Shown: positions 17,104 through 26,268, numbered from the stretch's first letter. The stretch: 64,000 nt of DNA from Nanobdellota archaeon (GCA_038046005.1 JBBSXB010000001.1:52769-116768), one strand, 5' to 3'. Notes: a model not told the origin generated them from the letters alone. Program-made: numbers and translations.

Positions 17104-17487
17104 ATGAAAAATAAAGTAGAAAATAAAATCAAACGAATTGTATCAAGAAGAGACATAGCAACTTTAACAGAAGGAGGTATTGTTTCAGTAAAATTAAAAC
17201 ACTTTTATCCAAGTGTTAGCATTTATACAACAACAGAAGAAGGATTATTTATGGTTGCGGGGAATTACATGACAACTACAAAATTAATAGCCCCTTTAAG
17301 AAATAGTTTGTTCAATCCAGAAGGGAGAATAATGGAACTCGTCGGTTTTACTAGAAATATGGAGTTTGAAAATGGGGCTTTGATTTTATATGATAAGGCT
17401 ATAGGAAAAAAATGTTTGCTCCCAGAGAGTGGAACTCCTTACAATTATTATAAAGACAGATTATCAGTAGAGGGATTAATAAATTAA
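17104..17487 (+). CDS. Hypothetical protein (127 aa) inserted between L2 and S19
   Basis: Starts 8 nt after the L2 stop. S19 starts 2 nt after its stop. No recognisable family. Not a known ribosomal protein at this conserved junction. Confidence 0.5.
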   Translation: MKNKVENKIKRIVSRRDIATLTEGGIVSVKLKHFYPSVSIYTTTEEGLFMVAGNYMTTTKLIAPLRNSLFNPEGRIMELVGFTRNMEFENGALILYDKAIGKKCLLPESGTPYNYYKDRLSVEGLIN

Positions 17488-17488
17488 A

Positions 17489-17881
17489 ATGGACAAGAAA
17501 AAAGATTTCACATACAGGGGAAAAAATATTGAAGAATTAAAAAAGCTTGAAGTTAGAGAATTTGCAAAATATATTAAATCAAGAGCAAGAAGGGCTGTAT
17601 TGAGAAATTTCCAGAGTATTGAAAAATTCCTAATTCGAGCAAAAGAAAAAATTGAAAAAAATAAGCAGATTAAAACTCACTTAAGAGATTTAGTTATTGT
17701 TCCAGAGATGATTGGAATGAAAATTAATGTGTACAATGGCCATAGTTTTATTCCTGTGGAAATAAGTGGAGAAATGCTTGGCCATAGGATGGGTGAATTT
17801 GCGCTTACTAGAGGAAAAGTAAAGCATGGTAGTGCTGGAATAGGTGCCACAAAAGGAAGTAAACACAAAGCTAAAAAGTAA
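17489..17881 (+). CDS. rps19: Ribosomal protein S19 (uS19)
   Basis: 130 aa. THLRDLVIVPEMIG...YNGHSFIPVEI...GHRMGEFALTRGKVKHG. Confidence 0.9.
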   Translation: MDKKKDFTYRGKNIEELKKLEVREFAKYIKSRARRAVLRNFQSIEKFLIRAKEKIEKNKQIKTHLRDLVIVPEMIGMKINVYNGHSFIPVEISGEMLGHRMGEFALTRGKVKHGSAGIGATKGSKHKAKK

Positions 17882-17883
17882 AC

Positions 17884-18459
17884 ATGACAGAAAATAAAAA
17901 ACAGACTAAAGAAGAAAAAGTAGATAACAAAGAATTAGAAAGCACCCCTAGTGAAAAACCCATCTCTAATGAAAGTGAAGTTAAGGAAGAGAAAAAAGAG
18001 ATTAAAGAAAAACCAAAAAAGGAAATAAAAAAGAAAACAAGTGCCGTTGTTAATGGAATTAATCTTCACATGTCAACAAAACAAGCCGCTGCAATTTGCA
18101 GGTTCATTAAATGGAAAGAAATAAAAAAAGCTGTTCAAGAATTAAAGGAAGTTTCTCAATTGAGGAGGGCGATACCTATGAAAGGCGAAATACCACATAG
18201 GAAAAATATTGGTCCTGGAAGATATCCTCAAAAAGCGTCTAAGGCGTTTGTTGAATTGTTAAACACTCTTTCGGCAAACGCTGAAACTAATGGATTAGAA
18301 AATCCAATAATAGCTAAAGCTGTTGCTAACATTGCATCAAGGCCTTATGGGAAATTTGGGGCTGTTAGGAAAAAAAGAAGTCATGTTGAAATAACTGCTA
18401 TTGATAAAAAAGAAAAAACACATTCAGACAAAAAAGCAATGGAGGGTAAAAAAAACTGA
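17884..18459 (+). CDS. rpl22: Ribosomal protein L22 (uL22) with ~55-aa Lys/Glu-rich N-terminal extension
   Basis: 191 aa. uL22 core from about residue 56. Low-complexity K/E-rich N-terminus. Confidence 0.85.
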   Translation: MTENKKQTKEEKVDNKELESTPSEKPISNESEVKEEKKEIKEKPKKEIKKKTSAVVNGINLHMSTKQAAAICRFIKWKEIKKAVQELKEVSQLRRAIPMKGEIPHRKNIGPGRYPQKASKAFVELLNTLSANAETNGLENPIIAKAVANIASRPYGKFGAVRKKRSHVEITAIDKKEKTHSDKKAMEGKKN

Positions 18460-18512
18460 AATTCTTTTAGGATTTCATCAAATCCGTTCATCAACGGAGG
18501 TTAAAACATATA

Positions 18513-19181
18513 ATGGAAGAAAAAAAGATTATTGATTTGAAAAAAGCAGAATTTGTTTTAAGAGAGTACATCAAAACTTCTCTAGGAAAAGGAAAAGTAA
18601 GCCGGGTAAAAATAGAGTATACTCCTGTTGGCGAAAAAATAATTATTTCAACAAATAAACCAGGATTAATAATCGGGAAGAGAGGAGAAAGAATTGATGA
18701 GTTGACCAGAACTGTAAAAACTAGATTCAAATTAGAAAATCCACAGATAGAAATAGATGAAATAATGGACCCAGAGTTTGATGCACAAATTGTCGCTGAT
18801 GAAATAGCTTTGGGTTTAGAAAGATTTGGCCCAATTAAGTTTAAAGTGATAGCATATAAATCACTTCAGAGAATAATGAACGCTGGGGCTCTTGGAACAG
18901 AAATAAGATTAAGTGGAAAACTCCCAGGTGCCAGAGCAAAAACTTGGAGATTTGCACAAGGATATCTCAAAAAAACAGGAGACAGTGCAAAGGTTGTAGA
19001 CCGAGCCCAATCAAGAGCCGAACCTAAAACAGGCACAATTGGAATAAAAGTCAGCATTCTTTCACCATATGTTTTATTGAAAGACAGGATAAACGTCAAT
19101 GAAGAACTTTTAAATAAATTAAGGGTGAATGATGGTTTAATAGAAAGCAACAGCGGAGGAAAGAAAGTTAAGAAAAAATAA
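18513..19181 (+). CDS. rps3: Ribosomal protein S3 (uS3)
   Basis: 222 aa. KH domain (GLIIGKRGERIDEL) and uS3 C-domain. Confidence 0.9.
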   Translation: MEEKKIIDLKKAEFVLREYIKTSLGKGKVSRVKIEYTPVGEKIIISTNKPGLIIGKRGERIDELTRTVKTRFKLENPQIEIDEIMDPEFDAQIVADEIALGLERFGPIKFKVIAYKSLQRIMNAGALGTEIRLSGKLPGARAKTWRFAQGYLKKTGDSAKVVDRAQSRAEPKTGTIGIKVSILSPYVLLKDRINVNEELLNKLRVNDGLIESNSGGKKVKKK

Positions 19182-19182
19182 A

Positions 19183-19386
19183 ATGGCAATATTAAAATCA
19201 AAAGAAATAGCAAAAATGAAAAATGAAGAATTGAATAAAAAACTTAAAGAGCTTAAGTTGGAATTAATAAAAGCGAAGGCTGGGGCTTCTAAGGCTGGCA
19301 CATCAAAGATTAAAGAAATTAAAAAGACTATGTCTAGGATATTAACAATCAACAAATCCAATGAGGAGGCGTTGAAACACAAATAA
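19183..19386 (+). CDS. rpl29: Ribosomal protein L29 (uL29)
   Basis: 67 aa coiled-coil protein in the canonical position after S3. Confidence 0.85.
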   Translation: MAILKSKEIAKMKNEELNKKLKELKLELIKAKAGASKAGTSKIKEIKKTMSRILTINKSNEEALKHK

Positions 19387-19388
19387 CT

Positions 19389-19685
19389 ATGGAAATATGT
19401 CCAAAGTGTGGATTACCCAAAGAAGCCTGTGTATGTGAACAGATAGCAAAAATTTCACAAAAGATAACTGTAACGACAGACAAGAAAACATACGGAAAGA
19501 TAGTAACTGTCGTCACAGGGTTCGGCGATGGAGTGGATGTGAAAAAAACCGCAAAAGCTCTAAAAAACGAACTGGCTTGTGGAGGCACCTACAAAGATCG
19601 TATGATCGAGCTTCAAGGAGATCATACCAAAAGAATAAAAGGTGTCTTGGTCAAGTTGGGTTTTGATGAAGAATCCATAAATTAG
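19389..19685 (+). CDS. sui1: Translation initiation factor 1 (aSUI1/eIF1) with N-terminal zinc ribbon
   Basis: 98 aa. CPKCG...CVC followed by the SUI1 domain (KITVTTDKKTYGKIVTVVTGF...LACGGT). Confidence 0.85.
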   Translation: MEICPKCGLPKEACVCEQIAKISQKITVTTDKKTYGKIVTVVTGFGDGVDVKKTAKALKNELACGGTYKDRMIELQGDHTKRIKGVLVKLGFDEESIN

Positions 19686-19698
19686 AAATACGCGAAAA

Positions 19699-20091
19699 AT
19701 GACAAAGAAGGAAACCAAAGTAAAAGAAGAAGGAATGCTAAAAATAGCTGGTGCTTTATGCAGTGATAGGAACTGCCATGTCCATGGCGGATTAAAGACA
19801 AGAGGAAGAATCTTTGATGGATTGGTCATAAAAAAATTCCCGAAAAGAGTCGCAATAGAATTTGACAGGATGACATATGTAAAAAAATATGAAAGGTATA
19901 AAAAATCAAACACAAAGATTCATGCCAGGCTTCCTGACTGCATGAGTGACAAAATCAATGTTGGAGACTACATTAGGGTGCAGGAATGCAGACCTTTAAG
20001 TAAGATAATACACTTCGCGGTTTTAAACAAAATCAAAAATAAAGAAGAAGCAACAAAGATTTTGAACAAACAGGAGACTAACTTAAAATGA
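19699..20091 (+). CDS. rps17: Ribosomal protein S17 (uS17)
   Basis: 130 aa. CSDRNCHVHGGLKTRGRIF...VGDYIRVQECRPLSK. Confidence 0.85.
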   Translation: MTKKETKVKEEGMLKIAGALCSDRNCHVHGGLKTRGRIFDGLVIKKFPKRVAIEFDRMTYVKKYERYKKSNTKIHARLPDCMSDKINVGDYIRVQECRPLSKIIHFAVLNKIKNKEEATKILNKQETNLK

Positions 20092-20432
20092 AAAGAGCAA
20101 TTATTTTAACAGGAAGAGAAGGAAACTCTGAGTTTTACAGTTTATTATTAGAACTAAATTCTAATGCTGTTTTTTACACTCATCGGTTTAAAGAAGGAAA
20201 TCATCAAGCTTTTTTAGACGAAGTTGCTTCAGATTTTGCAGAAAAAATTGCTGAATATAATAAATCTGGAATTTTAGAAGTAGGAAGATTAAATGGTTAT
20301 AATATAATAGATGGAAAACCTATTGAGGTAGATAAAATAGACACAACTTCGTTTGAAAGAAGATTAGAAAAATTGTTAAAAAATTTAAAGGGAGTAACTG
20401 CAGTAGAAAATATTGCAAGTTTAAACAACTAA
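20088..20432 (+). CDS. Hypothetical protein (114 aa) inserted between S17 and L14
   Basis: ATGA overlap with the S17 stop. L14 starts 2 nt after. AGGAG 14 nt upstream. No recognisable family. Confidence 0.5.
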   Translation: MKRAIILTGREGNSEFYSLLLELNSNAVFYTHRFKEGNHQAFLDEVASDFAEKIAEYNKSGILEVGRLNGYNIIDGKPIEVDKIDTTSFERRLEKLLKNLKGVTAVENIASLNN

Positions 20433-20433
20433 A

Positions 20434-20835
20434 ATGAAAGCAATAAGTGCACGAGGAACAGAAGGAATGAATTTAGGAGCCTATGCCGTGGCTGCTGATA
20501 ATAGCGGTGCTAAAATTGTAAAAATCGTCGGTGTTAAAGGAAGCAAGGCAAAAAAAGGAAAACAAACAGCTGCAAAAATAGCAGATTGGGTTAAGGTCAG
20601 CGTAAGAAAAGGTTTGCCAGATATGAGGGGAAAAGTATTTGATGCTGTTGTTGTAAGACAAAAAAAACCATATAGAAGGCTTAGCGGGGAAAGAATTGCT
20701 TTCGAAGATAATGCAGTCGCTATACTAAAAGATGAAAAAGGAAATCCAAAAGGGACACAAATTAAAGGTCCAGTAGCAAGGGAGGTTATGGAGAGATGGC
20801 AGCAAGTTGCTAAAATCGCTTCACTAGTCTATTAA
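20434..20835 (+). CDS. rpl14: Ribosomal protein L14 (uL14)
   Basis: 133 aa. Canonical uL14 sequence. Confidence 0.9.
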   Translation: MKAISARGTEGMNLGAYAVAADNSGAKIVKIVGVKGSKAKKGKQTAAKIADWVKVSVRKGLPDMRGKVFDAVVVRQKKPYRRLSGERIAFEDNAVAILKDEKGNPKGTQIKGPVAREVMERWQQVAKIASLVY

Positions 20836-20836
20836 A

Positions 20837-21262
20837 ATGAAAAATAAATTTTATAAAAATTGGAAAGCATCAAAGAATCCAAAAAAGCAGAGAAAATATT
20901 CAGCTAATGCTCCAATCCATTTAATAAAAAAAATGATAAGTGTAAATCTTTCAAAGGAATTAAGGAAAAAGTATGGAAAAAGAAATGTTCCAATTAGAAA
21001 AGGCGATACTGTAAGAATCATGGTAGGGAAATTAAGAAATAAAGAAGGGAAAGTAAGCAAGGTAAAGAGAAATGACTTGAAGGTTTATATTGAAGGTGTG
21101 CAGGTAAAAAAAAGAGATGGGTCTAAAGCAGATATTCCCACCAGGCCTTCAAATTTAAAAATAATTGAGTTGATTTTGGATGATAAAAAAAGAATAAAGT
21201 CTATTGAAAGAAAAGCAAACATTCACAAAGAAGAAAGTAAAAACAATAAGGAGAAAAAATAA
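20837..21262 (+). CDS. rpl24: Ribosomal protein L24 (uL24)
   Basis: 141 aa. KOW motif (IRKGDTVRIMVGKLRNKEGKV). Confidence 0.85.
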   Translation: MKNKFYKNWKASKNPKKQRKYSANAPIHLIKKMISVNLSKELRKKYGKRNVPIRKGDTVRIMVGKLRNKEGKVSKVKRNDLKVYIEGVQVKKRDGSKADIPTRPSNLKIIELILDDKKRIKSIERKANIHKEESKNNKEKK

Positions 21263-21263
21263 A

Positions 21264-21911
21264 ATGCATTTGAAAAGACATAAGTCGCCAAAAAAATGGC
21301 CAATAAAGAGAAAGGGAACAAAGTATATAGTTAAACCAAACTTTAGCACTAACCAAGGGGTTCCAGTATTAATTGCATTAAGAGACATGTTAGAGCTTGC
21401 AAAAAACAGAAAAGAAGTAAAAAAAGCTATTCGTGAAAAACAGGTTTTGCTCAATGATAGAAAAATAAAAGACGAAAAAAATAATGTCTTACTCTTTGAT
21501 GTTATATCAATAGTTCCGACAAACAAAAATTATAAGTTGCAATTATCAAATTTCGGAAAGTTTATGTTTGAAGAAGTTAAAGACGCAAAGTGGCAGCAAA
21601 AAATAGTCAAAGTAGTAGATAAAAAAATCCTTAATGGTAAAAAAGTGCAGATTAATTTAAACGATGGCCATAATTTCTTATATAATGGCCAATTAAATAT
21701 TAATGATTCTGTTGTTTTCGGCTTCAAAGAAAAAAAGATAATAAAAGTCCTTCAATTAAAAGAGAAAGCAAAAGCTATTGTTTACGCTGGAAAACACGCA
21801 GGTAAAGAAGGAGTTATTGAATCACTAGACAATAATAAAAAAATGATTGAATTAGATGTGGGTGGCAGCAAAATTAATGTTTTAATTAAACAGATTATGG
21901 TGGTAGAATAA
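21264..21911 (+). CDS. rps4e: Ribosomal protein S4e
   Basis: MHLKRHKSPKKWPIKRKGTKYIVKP N-terminus typical of S4e. Start placed at the ATG about 60 nt downstream of the TTG-initiated track ORF 21204. Confidence 0.85.
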   Translation: MHLKRHKSPKKWPIKRKGTKYIVKPNFSTNQGVPVLIALRDMLELAKNRKEVKKAIREKQVLLNDRKIKDEKNNVLLFDVISIVPTNKNYKLQLSNFGKFMFEEVKDAKWQQKIVKVVDKKILNGKKVQINLNDGHNFLYNGQLNINDSVVFGFKEKKIIKVLQLKEKAKAIVYAGKHAGKEGVIESLDNNKKMIELDVGGSKINVLIKQIMVVE

Positions 21912-21912
21912 A

Positions 21913-22422
21913 ATGACTAATAAAAAAGAAAATATTATGAGAGAAATAAAAATAGAAAAAGTTGTCTTTAATGTCGGAGGAATGGGAGAAACCTTAGAAA
22001 AGGGTTTTAGGTTATTAAAATTCCTAACAGAAAAAAATCCTGCCAGGATGAAATCAAATAAAAGAATTCCAACTTGGGATATAAGGCCTAATTTGGCTGT
22101 TGGGGCAGTAGTAACTGTAAGAAAAGACTTGGATAAAATTTTGAAAAGAATGCTTACTACAATTGATAACACCTTAAAAAGAAAGCAGATTAGCGAGAAT
22201 AATTTTTCTTTTGGAATAAAAGAATATATCGAAATTCCAGGAGTGGAATATCAAAGAGATATTGGGATTATGGGATTGGACGTCACTGTTGTTTTTAAAA
22301 GAGCTGGTAGAAGAGTTGGGATAAAAAAAATCAAAAAAGGAAAAATTCCGAAAAAACAAACCATATCTAAAGAGGAAATAATTAAATTTATGGAAGAAAA
22401 ATTCCAGACACAATTTATTTAA
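21913..22422 (+). CDS. rpl5: Ribosomal protein L5 (uL5)
   Basis: 169 aa. Canonical uL5. Confidence 0.9.
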   Translation: MTNKKENIMREIKIEKVVFNVGGMGETLEKGFRLLKFLTEKNPARMKSNKRIPTWDIRPNLAVGAVVTVRKDLDKILKRMLTTIDNTLKRKQISENNFSFGIKEYIEIPGVEYQRDIGIMGLDVTVVFKRAGRRVGIKKIKKGKIPKKQTISKEEIIKFMEEKFQTQFI

Positions 22423-22475
22423 AATGAAGTTAAATACAAAATTTTTAATCAAAGTAAATAAGGAGATAAATTTAA

Positions 22476-22706
22476 ATGACAGCAAGTGATTGGAAAAAAA
22501 TACTCAAACAATTAAAAAATAAGCCAGCAGTAATGGAGAAATTTATTAAGCACTGCAAACCTAAAGAAAGAAAAACGGGTATAGCTTCAAGAAAGTGTGA
22601 GAGATGTGGAAGGTTTGGAGCACATATAGGTTCTTACGGTTTGAATTTGTGCAGACATTGCTTCAGAGAAATTGCTCAAGAAATAGGCTTTACAAAATAT
22701 TCATAG
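22476..22706 (+). CDS. rps14: Ribosomal protein S14 (uS14, zinc-binding type)
   Basis: 76 aa. CERCGR...CRHCFRE zinc ribbon. GGAG SD 8 nt upstream. Confidence 0.85.
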   Translation: MTASDWKKILKQLKNKPAVMEKFIKHCKPKERKTGIASRKCERCGRFGAHIGSYGLNLCRHCFREIAQEIGFTKYS

Positions 22707-22713
22707 GAGAAAA

Positions 22714-23094
22714 ATGAGTCACGATATTGTTGCAGATGCACTAAACATGATAAATAATTCCCATAAGGCGGGAAAAGAAAATGTAAAGGTAAAGATAATT
22801 TCAAATCTTTTAATCGAAGTTCTAAAGATAATGAAGAAGAAAGGAGCTATAAAGAAATACAAAATCGAAAGTAAAGAAAAGTCTCTAGAAGTTTCTATAG
22901 GTGATTTAACAGAATGCAAAGCAGTAAAACCAAGATTTACCGTTAACAGAGATCAATTAGAAAAATACAGAAGAAGATACCTCCCATCAAGAGATATGGG
23001 GACATTAATAGTCTCAACTAATAAAGGCCTTATGACGCACGAAGAGGCTGAAGAAGAGAAAATAGGAGGTTGCATAATAGCATTCTTTTATTAA
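22714..23094 (+). CDS. rps8: Ribosomal protein S8 (uS8)
   Basis: 126 aa. Canonical uS8. Confidence 0.9.
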   Translation: MSHDIVADALNMINNSHKAGKENVKVKIISNLLIEVLKIMKKKGAIKKYKIESKEKSLEVSIGDLTECKAVKPRFTVNRDQLEKYRRRYLPSRDMGTLIVSTNKGLMTHEEAEEEKIGGCIIAFFY

Positions 23095-23095
23095 A

Positions 23096-23638
23096 ATGAA
23101 AAAAGAAATATTCAAAGAAATGGTTATTCCTGAGGGAGTTAATGCAAAGGTAGATGGAAATGTACTAAATATCAGTGGTAAAAATGGAGAGATTACAAGA
23201 AAAATGAATTTAAATAAATTAGAGTTCAAAATTTTTGATGGAAAAATTATTATTGGAAGAAAAAAGGCAACAAAAAACGAGAAGAAAATAATTAATACAA
23301 TGGCAGCACATATAAAAAATATGATTGATGGAGTGCAGAAAAAATTTGAGTATCAATTGAAAATATGCTTTAGTCACTTTCCATTCACTGTAGAAACAAA
23401 AGGTAATGAAGTGTTAATAAAGAACTTTCTTGGAGAAAAAGTCCCTAGAAAAGTAAATATGCTAAAAGATGTTGAAATAAAAATAGACAAACAGAATATT
23501 ACAATAAAGTCTGCAGATAAGGAATTAGCGGGACAAGCAGCAGCTAACCTTGAAGAGGTTACAAAGGTTAAAAACAGAGACAGAAGAGTGTTTCAAGATG
23601 GCATTTATATAACAAGCAAAGCTGGGAGAGAAATATAA
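23096..23638 (+). CDS. rpl6: Ribosomal protein L6 (uL6)
   Basis: 180 aa. Two-domain uL6. Confidence 0.9.
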   Translation: MKKEIFKEMVIPEGVNAKVDGNVLNISGKNGEITRKMNLNKLEFKIFDGKIIIGRKKATKNEKKIINTMAAHIKNMIDGVQKKFEYQLKICFSHFPFTVETKGNEVLIKNFLGEKVPRKVNMLKDVEIKIDKQNITIKSADKELAGQAAANLEEVTKVKNRDRRVFQDGIYITSKAGREI

Positions 23639-24012
23639 TGACAAAATTTTTAAGAAGAAATTCTGATAAGTTTTCAAAGCTAGGATTAAGGAAAAAGAAA
23701 AAGCAAGTGTGGAGAAGCCCTAAGGGAAGACATAACAAAATGAGGAAAAAAAGGAAAGGGTATCCTGCAGTTGTTAGTATTGGCTACGCAACAAATAGAA
23801 AAACAAGAGGAAAGATTGATAACAAAAATCAAATTGAGGTTAATAATATCAAAGAATTGGCCGGATTAAAAAATAATGATATTGTCTTGATTGGAAAAAT
23901 TGGAAAAAGGAAAAAGATAGAAATAGTAAAAAAGCTTAAAGAAATGAAAATTTCTGTTTCCAACCTCAATATAAACAAATTCCTAAAGAAGAATATGGGG
24001 GAGAAAAAATGA
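23638..24012 (+). CDS. rpl32e: Ribosomal protein L32e
   Basis: 124 aa. WRSPKGRHNKMRKKRKG motif. Confidence 0.85.
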   Translation: MTKFLRRNSDKFSKLGLRKKKKQVWRSPKGRHNKMRKKRKGYPAVVSIGYATNRKTRGKIDNKNQIEVNNIKELAGLKNNDIVLIGKIGKRKKIEIVKKLKEMKISVSNLNINKFLKKNMGEKK

Positions 24013-24413
24013 ACTTAAAAAAGAAAAAAGCATTGGCTGCAAAAACTCTTGGAGTTGGAAAGGGAAGAATCGTTTTCTTAGTGCCAAGATTAGATGAAAT
24101 AAAGGAAGCAATAACAAAACAAGATATGAGAGATCTTCATAAAGAGGGAGCAATACTAATAAAAACAATAAAAGGAAGAAAAACAAAAAAGAAAAGCGGA
24201 AGAAGAGGTTATGGGAAAGTGAAAATAATTGTTAACACAAGGAAAAAAGATTATATTGTACTAACTAGAAAATTCAGAGGAATGGTTAAAGATCTCTTGA
24301 ATAAAGGAATAATTTCAAAAGAAAACTCTTTAGAATTGAGGAAAAAAATAAAGAATAAGCAGTTTAAAAGTAAATCGCATTTTAATGAACAATTAAAAGT
24401 AAAGGAGTATTAA
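24009..24413 (+). CDS. rpl19e: Ribosomal protein L19e
   Basis: 134 aa. LKKKKALAAKTLGVGKGRI N-terminus. Confidence 0.85.
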   Translation: MNLKKKKALAAKTLGVGKGRIVFLVPRLDEIKEAITKQDMRDLHKEGAILIKTIKGRKTKKKSGRRGYGKVKIIVNTRKKDYIVLTRKFRGMVKDLLNKGIISKENSLELRKKIKNKQFKSKSHFNEQLKVKEY

Positions 24414-24887
24414 ATGGAAAAAGAAAAAGCACTAAAAGATTTTGAAGAAGGGTTCGGCAGATTAAAGCAAGAACTTAAGTTTAAAACTAATTTGGATGAA
24501 ATTGATGAAATTTTCTTTATTAGAGATGTTATACTTCAAGATGGATTTGTAAGCAAAAATTTATTCAGGCAAATGGCCTACAGGATTGCAGAATTTTATC
24601 TAAGATGGAATGATTATTTGCATGGTTTAATAATGCCAAACCCTCAAAATATTTTAAGTTTAAGCGAAAGTAAGATTTTTAACCAAGAAGAGAAAAAGAT
24701 TATAACAAACATGATAAAAAAGATAATGGAATTGAACAGCAAGAATATTCTTATAACTTTGACTAGGGATAAAGCAGAAGAAGGGAAGTTTATTGATTAC
24801 AGTGTTAATATGTGGAAAAGTGAATTACAACCAGAGATAATAAAATTAATTAAAAAAATAAATAAAGAATGGGGAGAAAACAAATGA
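24414..24887 (+). CDS. Hypothetical protein (157 aa) inserted between L19e and L18
   Basis: Starts 1 nt after the L19e stop (AGGAG 7 nt upstream). Its stop overlaps the L18 ATG (ATGA). No recognisable family. Confidence 0.5.
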   Translation: MEKEKALKDFEEGFGRLKQELKFKTNLDEIDEIFFIRDVILQDGFVSKNLFRQMAYRIAEFYLRWNDYLHGLIMPNPQNILSLSESKIFNQEEKKIITNMIKKIMELNSKNILITLTRDKAEEGKFIDYSVNMWKSELQPEIIKLIKKINKEWGENK

Positions 24888-25369
24888 GAATCCAGAAGAA
24901 AAGAAGAAAAGAATTCAAAACAAACTATTTGAAAAGACTAGAAATGCTCAAAAGCGGAATACCAAGAGTTGTCTTTAGAAAAACAAACAGATATTTGATT
25001 TCACAATATGTTGAAAGTAAAGAAGCACAAGACAAAATAATATTTGGAATTGATTCAAGAAAAATTTTAAATTACGGCTGGCCAAAAAATCTAGAAGGAA
25101 GTTTAAAGGGCGTTACTGCTGCTTATTTTTTAGGATTATTGACTGGAAAAAAGATTATCAAAGACAAACTTAAAACACCAATAATTGATTTTGGGCTTTA
25201 TAGAGTATTACCTAAGACCAAACTGCATTCTTTTGTTAAGGGAATGATTGATGCTGGAGTTAAGATTAAAGACAAAAAAGAAAATTTTCCGGAGGAAGAT
25301 AGGGAAAAGGGGAAACATATAACAAGTCTTAAATTTGAAGAGATTAAATCAAAAATAGAAAAATCGTAA
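24884..25369 (+). CDS. rpl18: Ribosomal protein L18 (uL18)
   Basis: Start placed at ATG 24884 (GGGGAG upstream, ATGA overlap with the preceding ORF). The track ORF starts 15 nt earlier. Canonical uL18. Confidence 0.85.
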   Translation: MRIQKKRRKEFKTNYLKRLEMLKSGIPRVVFRKTNRYLISQYVESKEAQDKIIFGIDSRKILNYGWPKNLEGSLKGVTAAYFLGLLTGKKIIKDKLKTPIIDFGLYRVLPKTKLHSFVKGMIDAGVKIKDKKENFPEEDREKGKHITSLKFEEIKSKIEKS

Positions 25370-25370
25370 G

Positions 25371-26219
25371 ATGAAAAAAACAGATAAAAAACAAGTATTT
25401 GAAGATGTAAAGAAAACTGTAGAGGCCTATGGGGCATTTTCAGAAGAAGAAGCAATCAAGAGTGCAAAAAATCCAGAGGAGATTACTGTAAAGTTGATTG
25501 ATGAAGACATCAAGGATAAAAAAGTTGAAGAGATAATTGAAGAGACAGAAAAAAAGGTTATTGGAGAAAAGATTAGAGAAGAAATTGCTGGATGGAGACC
25601 AAAGACAAAGCTTGGAAGAGAAACAAGAGAGGGAAAAATAAAAAATATAGACGAAATATTAGAAAATAATAGAAAAATATTGGAAGAAGAAATTGTTGAT
25701 TATCTGCTTGGTTTAAAGTCCGACTTAATTTCTATTGGACAATCAAAGGGAAAGTTTGGTGGAGGAAAAAGAAGGGCTTGGAGACAAACACAAAGAAAGA
25801 CCGAAGAAGGTAATGTGCCAACTTTTTCCACAATGGCTGTTGTTGGAGACGAAAATGGGCATGTTGGAGTTGGAATGGGGGAAGCAAAAGAAACTCTTCC
25901 TGCAAGAGACAAAGCAATAAGAAAGGCTAAGCTTAACATCATGAAAGTCGGGAGAGGGTGCTCGGCATTTGACTGTAATTGCAACGAACTCCACACTATT
26001 CCATTTAAAGTTGAGGGAAAAACTGGAAGTGTGAGAATTATTTTAATTCCGGCTCCACAGGGCACTGGTTTAGTTGTGGGAAAAGAAATAAAGAAGGTTT
26101 TAAAATTAGCTGGAATTAAAGACGTTTATAGCAAAACTTTTGGACAAAAAAGAACCTCATTCAATCTTGTCAAAGCGTGTGTTAATGCTCTTGAAAAAAC
26201 AATGGTGAAGAAAAAATGA
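25371..26219 (+). CDS. rps5: Ribosomal protein S5 (uS5) with ~80-aa acidic N-terminal extension
   Basis: 282 aa. dsRBD-like and uS5 C-domain (GKTGSVRIILIPAPQGTGLV). Glu/Lys-rich N-terminus. Confidence 0.9.
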   Translation: MKKTDKKQVFEDVKKTVEAYGAFSEEEAIKSAKNPEEITVKLIDEDIKDKKVEEIIEETEKKVIGEKIREEIAGWRPKTKLGRETREGKIKNIDEILENNRKILEEEIVDYLLGLKSDLISIGQSKGKFGGGKRRAWRQTQRKTEEGNVPTFSTMAVVGDENGHVGVGMGEAKETLPARDKAIRKAKLNIMKVGRGCSAFDCNCNELHTIPFKVEGKTGSVRIILIPAPQGTGLVVGKEIKKVLKLAGIKDVYSKTFGQKRTSFNLVKACVNALEKTMVKKK

Positions 26220-26268
26220 AAGCAAATCAAAGATTTTCATTCATTCGAAATTATAGGAGATTATTCAA

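Noticed and set aside
21204-21263. TTG-initiated 5' extension of the S4e ORF
   Set aside because: Overlaps the end of L24 by ~60 nt. The S4e N-terminus (MHLKRHKSPKKW...) begins at the internal ATG ~60 nt downstream, which matches homologues.
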